Source: the human T2T-CHM13v2.0 reference genome, Homo sapiens. From it: DNA of 64,000 nt. Below, piece after piece: positions 63,086 to 64,000 of the stretch. Positions within the stretch are counted from its first letter, which is position 1; each line of letters starts with the position of its first letter. The position numbers and the translations under genes were made by a program. The DNA is taken from assembly GCF_009914755.1 (NCBI RefSeq), contig NC_060925.1. One strand, 5' to 3'. The notes below the pieces were generated by a model. It worked only from the letters and a program-made list of their open reading frames with translations. It was not told the origin of the DNA and did no database searches.

Positions 63086-63849
63086 GTCTACATTTGCATC
63101 TACACTTAGGTCGTCATTGGGATCCATTTAGAGGACTGCCTAATGCTACAACGAGGTGGTCAGTTACTGGAGGGTATCTCTGGAATTCTTCTTACTCATT
63201 CGAAGTACACTTGATGCTTTCGTAGGCTTCCTAAGACTCAGTGACAGTATTCTGGTTTAGGCAAAAGCAGAAGAATGACAGGGTTGATCTCAATTTCTCC
63301 CACTCACAGCTGGCTGAACATTTAACATTCCATATTTAATCTCGTGTTCCTAAAAAAGAGTTATCTTCTCACAGTCTTCCCACCCTAGTCCCACTTTCAG
63401 AGAGATCTGAACCTTCAACCAAAGTGCCTGCTATTCATCATTCTACAACTATTGTAACCACACTCCGCCTCCTAATTTTGCACTCCCAGGGAAAAGAAAA
63501 AATGTTTAAGAGCTCAAAACTTTAACCAGCCTCTCCCTTTATTTCATACAACAGACTTCCTAGTTAGAAGGATTGCAAACTGGAACCTAATTATATTTTA
63601 AATGAACTAAATATATTGCCATAAGTTGAAAATTATTTAGAAGATATATCCTGGCAACGTCATGAAAATCTAATCACAATAAGAACTCTTTTAACTTTTC
63701 AAAATAGAAGAAGTTGAATTTTTTAGAAGGCGTAACTCAGTTATAATTTCAGTGAACATAGTGAATAATTAACATCAGACTATGATGTCATAATTGTGGG
63801 AAACATGAGGTAGAAAAAAAGAATATTTTGTATTTTTTATATTAGTGAT

Positions 63850-63945
63850 AAAAATAATTATTATTATAATATATGTGACAGGCAATGTTACAAGCACTTC
63901 ATATGTAGAAATTGCTGCCTTCAACCCTAATCCAAGCAACATAAA
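63850..63945 (-). mobile_element. MIR tail fragment
   Basis: 'tatgtgacaggcaatgttacaagcacttcatatgta'. Confidence 0.5.
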
Positions 63946-64000
63946 ATCTTACCTGGATTATTATAGTACTTCCTACCTGGTCTATCTGTTTCTGCCCTTC

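Overview
AT-rich, CpG-depleted catarrhine primate (most likely human) genomic DNA. I can support no intact protein-coding gene: the window reads as gene-desert or deep-intronic sequence. Main landmarks are a full-length processed RPL10A pseudogene (12.45-13.18 kb), a MER52-type solo LTR (24.4-25.9 kb), a 5'-inverted (twin-primed) L1PA (47.7-48.7 kb), a two-LTR, coding-defective HERV-H/LTR7 provirus inserted in a MIR (48864-54777) and a 3'-truncated 7SK retrocopy (55.36-55.59 kb). There is also a MER85 piggyBac MITE nested in a MaLR LTR, five Alus, a FAM, several MaLR LTRs, and L1/L2/MIR relics. Long repeat-poor stretches at about 29-33, 34.5-37 and 40.8-42.9 kb look like conserved non-coding elements, which is inference only. 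The best lead is a possible pluripotency-type transcription unit: an LTR7 with a duplicated ACAAAAGA (SOX-like) motif, intact HERV-H splice signals, a strong 212-nt candidate exon just downstream of the 3' LTR and a cluster of octamer motifs. The two LTRs also appear homogenised by gene conversion. I found no evidence of a wholly new biological system. Repeat and subfamily calls come from remembered consensus sequences, not from a database search.
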